Notes under the pieces: model-generated
Seen by the model: the letters and a program-made list of their open reading frames with translations, nothing else
Database searches by the model: none
Told to the model about the DNA's origin: nothing
In this document: positions 28,508-30,722 of the stretch, piece by piece
Position numbering within the stretch: the stretch's first letter is position 1
Layout: each line of letters begins with the position of its first letter
Assembly (NCBI GenBank): GCA_039588275.1
Contig: JBDHAC010000040.1
Span: 26,513 to 57,234 of the forward strand
Direction of reading: 5' to 3'
DNA from: Gemmatimonadota bacterium
GTDB taxonomy: Bacteria; Gemmatimonadota; Gemmatimonadetes; Palauibacterales; Palauibacteraceae
Length of the DNA: 30,722 bases
Translations under genes and position numbers: made by a program

Positions 28508-30619
28508 TCACCCTTCGACGGACTCGCGCCCGCCCACGAGATGCAGGGCGCGTTCGACAAGACGCTCGGCGGTGAGTCCGTAGCTCCTGAAGTTGTCCTC
28601 CGACGACCCGCTCGTCCCGAACCGGTCGATGGTCAGGGTTTCGCCTTCCCCTCCCACCCACTCGGCCCACCCGAGAGAGGCCCCCGCCTCGATCGCGACC
28701 CGGGCCCGAACGCTCGCGGGGAGCACCTCCTCCCGATACGCATCGGACTGCTCGCGAAAGAGCTCCCACGAGGGGAAGCTCACCACGCGTGCCGCGACGC
28801 CCGCCTCGCCCAGCTCCTCCTGTGCCTCGAGCGCCAGCTGTACCTCGGAACCGGTGGCCAGGAGAATCACCTGGGGGGCGTCACCGGCTTCCCTGGACAG
28901 GATGTACGCGCCACGACGTAGCCCGCGCGCTTCCGCCAGTTCGCTCCGATCCGAGATCGGGATCTTCTGGCGACTCAGTACCAGCATCGTCGGCCCATCC
29001 GTACGCTCGATCGCTACGCGCCACGCCTCCGCCACCTCGTTCGCATCGCCCGGTCGGATGACCCGCAGCCCGGGCATCGCCCGAAACGAGGCCAGGTGCT
29101 CGACGGGCTGGTGGGTCGGGCCGTCCCCCCCGAGTCCGATCGAATCGTGGGTCAGCACGTAGATCAACGGTAGCCGCATCAGAGCGGCGAGCCGGATGGC
29201 CGGCCGCGCGTAATCGCTGAAGATGAAGAACGTGGCCGCGAAGGGGCGAACCCCGCCGTGCAGAGCCATACCATTGGACGCCGAGCACATCACGTGCTCC
29301 CTGATGCCCCAATACAGATTTCGGCCCGCGGGATCCTCCCTCGAGAGCTCCGTCGAGACCTGGAGCCAGGTCTTGTTCGAGCCCGTCAGATCGGCAGACC
29401 CGCCCAAGAGCCACGGTATACTCGGCGCCAGGGCGTTGAGCACCACCCCGGATGCCGCCCGCGTGGCGATCGGACCGTCCTTCGGCTCGAAGCTCGGGAT
29501 GCTCGAGTCCCACCCTTCGGGAGGCGCGCCATCCAAACGCGTCTCGAGATCGGCGGCTAGCTCCGGGAACTCCGCCCGGTAGTCCTCCAGCGCCACGCTC
29601 CACTCGGCCTCGAGCGCGCGGCCGCGCGCTACCTGTGCCGACATGTGCCGGCGAACTTCGTCAGGGACATGGAATTTCGCGTCCTCGGGCCAGCCGTAGA
29701 AGCGCTTCGCGAGGACGATCTCCTCTTCGCCCAGGGGCTCGCCGTGAGCCGACGCCGTGTCCTGCTTGCCGGGAGCGCCGTACCCGATGTGCGAGCGGAC
29801 GATGATCAACGATGGGCGTGCCCGCTCCGCCCGCCCCGCTGCGAACGCCTGGTCCAACGCCTCGAGTTCATTCGCCCGGTCTCCCACGTTCTGCACGTGC
29901 CAACCGTAGGCTTCGAAGCGCCGCCCGACATCTTCCGAGAACGTGAGGTCCGTGTCGCCATCGATCGTGATACGGTTGTCGTCGTATACCCAGATGAGCT
30001 TCCCCAGCCCGAGGTGTCCGGCGACCGACGCCGCTTCGTGACAGGCCCCCTCCATCACATCTCCGTCACTGCAGATGACGTACGTGTGATGATCGACGAT
30101 TCCGTGTCCCGGGCGGTTGAAGAGCGCAGCCAGGTGTGCCTCCGCGATCGCCATCCCGACGGAGTTCATCACTCCCTGCCCGAGGGGCCCCGTGGTGGTC
30201 TCGACCCCGGGCGTGTGGAAGTTCTCCGGATGTCCCGGAGTCATGCTGCCGGATCGGCGGAATCGCTGTAGCTCCTCCAGCGGGAGGTCGTACCCGGTGA
30301 GGTGCAGAAGCGCGTACTGGAGAATCGCGGCGTGGCCGGCGGAGAGGACAAAGCGGTCGCGGTTGAACCACCGGGGGTTCTCCGGATTGTACCGCATGTG
30401 ACGCATCCAGAGCGTGTACGCGACGGGGGCGAGGGCCATGGCCGTCCCGGGGTGACCGGATCCGGCCTGCTGAACGGAGTCCATCGCCAGTGTGCGGATG
30501 GTGTTGACCGACAGCTGCTCGACGTCCGCGCCACCGGAGGTCGGGACGGGCGAATCGTCGCGGCGATCTCCCGCGACTCCCGCGTCAATCGTGGTGTCTC
30601 TCACAGAAGCCTCTGACAT
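28508..30619 (-). CDS. tkt: Transketolase
   Basis: [38 protein letters not shown]...YDDN (TPP motif), [30 protein letters not shown]. Confidence 0.98.
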   Translation of the reverse strand: MSEASVRDTTIDAGVAGDRRDDSPVPTSGGADVEQLSVNTIRTLAMDSVQQAGSGHPGTAMALAPVAYTLWMRHMRYNPENPRWFNRDRFVLSAGHAAILQYALLHLTGYDLPLEELQRFRRSGSMTPGHPENFHTPGVETTTGPLGQGVMNSVGMAIAEAHLAALFNRPGHGIVDHHTYVICSDGDVMEGACHEAASVAGHLGLGKLIWVYDDNRITIDGDTDLTFSEDVGRRFEAYGWHVQNVGDRANELEALDQAFAAGRAERARPSLIIVRSHIGYGAPGKQDTASAHGEPLGEEEIVLAKRFYGWPEDAKFHVPDEVRRHMSAQVARGRALEAEWSVALEDYRAEFPELAADLETRLDGAPPEGWDSSIPSFEPKDGPIATRAASGVVLNALAPSIPWLLGGSADLTGSNKTWLQVSTELSREDPAGRNLYWGIREHVMCSASNGMALHGGVRPFAATFFIFSDYARPAIRLAALMRLPLIYVLTHDSIGLGGDGPTHQPVEHLASFRAMPGLRVIRPGDANEVAEAWRVAIERTDGPTMLVLSRQKIPISDRSELAEARGLRRGAYILSREAGDAPQVILLATGSEVQLALEAQEELGEAGVAARVVSFPSWELFREQSDAYREEVLPASVRARVAIEAGASLGWAEWVGGEGETLTIDRFGTSGSSEDNFRSYGLTAERLVERALHLVGGRESVEG

Positions 30620-30688
30620 CGTGTAGTTCCGGGTCGGGGGCGGAGCCTGCGGTATGCCCGCAATATGACCGTGTGGCGTGCACAGGTC

Positions 30689-30702
30689 GCATAACGTTTT
30701 CC
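30689..30702. promoter_or_regulatory. Possible LacI-family operator upstream of tkt
   Basis: GCATAACGTTTTCC, an imperfect palindrome with central AACGTT, about 70 nt upstream of the tkt start. Confidence 0.25.
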
Positions 30703-30722
30703 GTGACGAATCGGTGCCGGGT

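Overview
High-GC (roughly two-thirds G+C by eye) bacterial chromosomal segment, mostly core genes; gene content and order suggest Gemmatimonadota (inference, not proven). Left to right: the 5' part of an NAD-dependent malic enzyme gene (absent from the ORF track, runs off the edge); a divergent NHEJ pair ligD / ku whose 346-bp spacer holds a compact structured, independently terminated ~110-nt candidate sRNA; envelope-type accessory genes (TonB/TolA-like anchor protein, TolB-like propeller, DUF3052, M23 peptidase, possible chalcone-isomerase-fold protein); rpmE (82-aa acidic tail)-prfA-prmC; ylbF-like / PIP-synthase-like / ino1 / tmk; S41 protease and a plug-only lipoprotein; a tightly overlapping run of TIGR04282-like transferase, class 3 asparaginase, CMD protein, obgE, dprA, hemW, hrcA, then dnaJ; and a convergent pentose phosphate operon tkt-rpiB-tal-pgl. 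I saw no tRNA, rRNA, CRISPR array or mobile element. The best novelty candidate is the RNA-like element at ~3351-3463 between ligD and ku.
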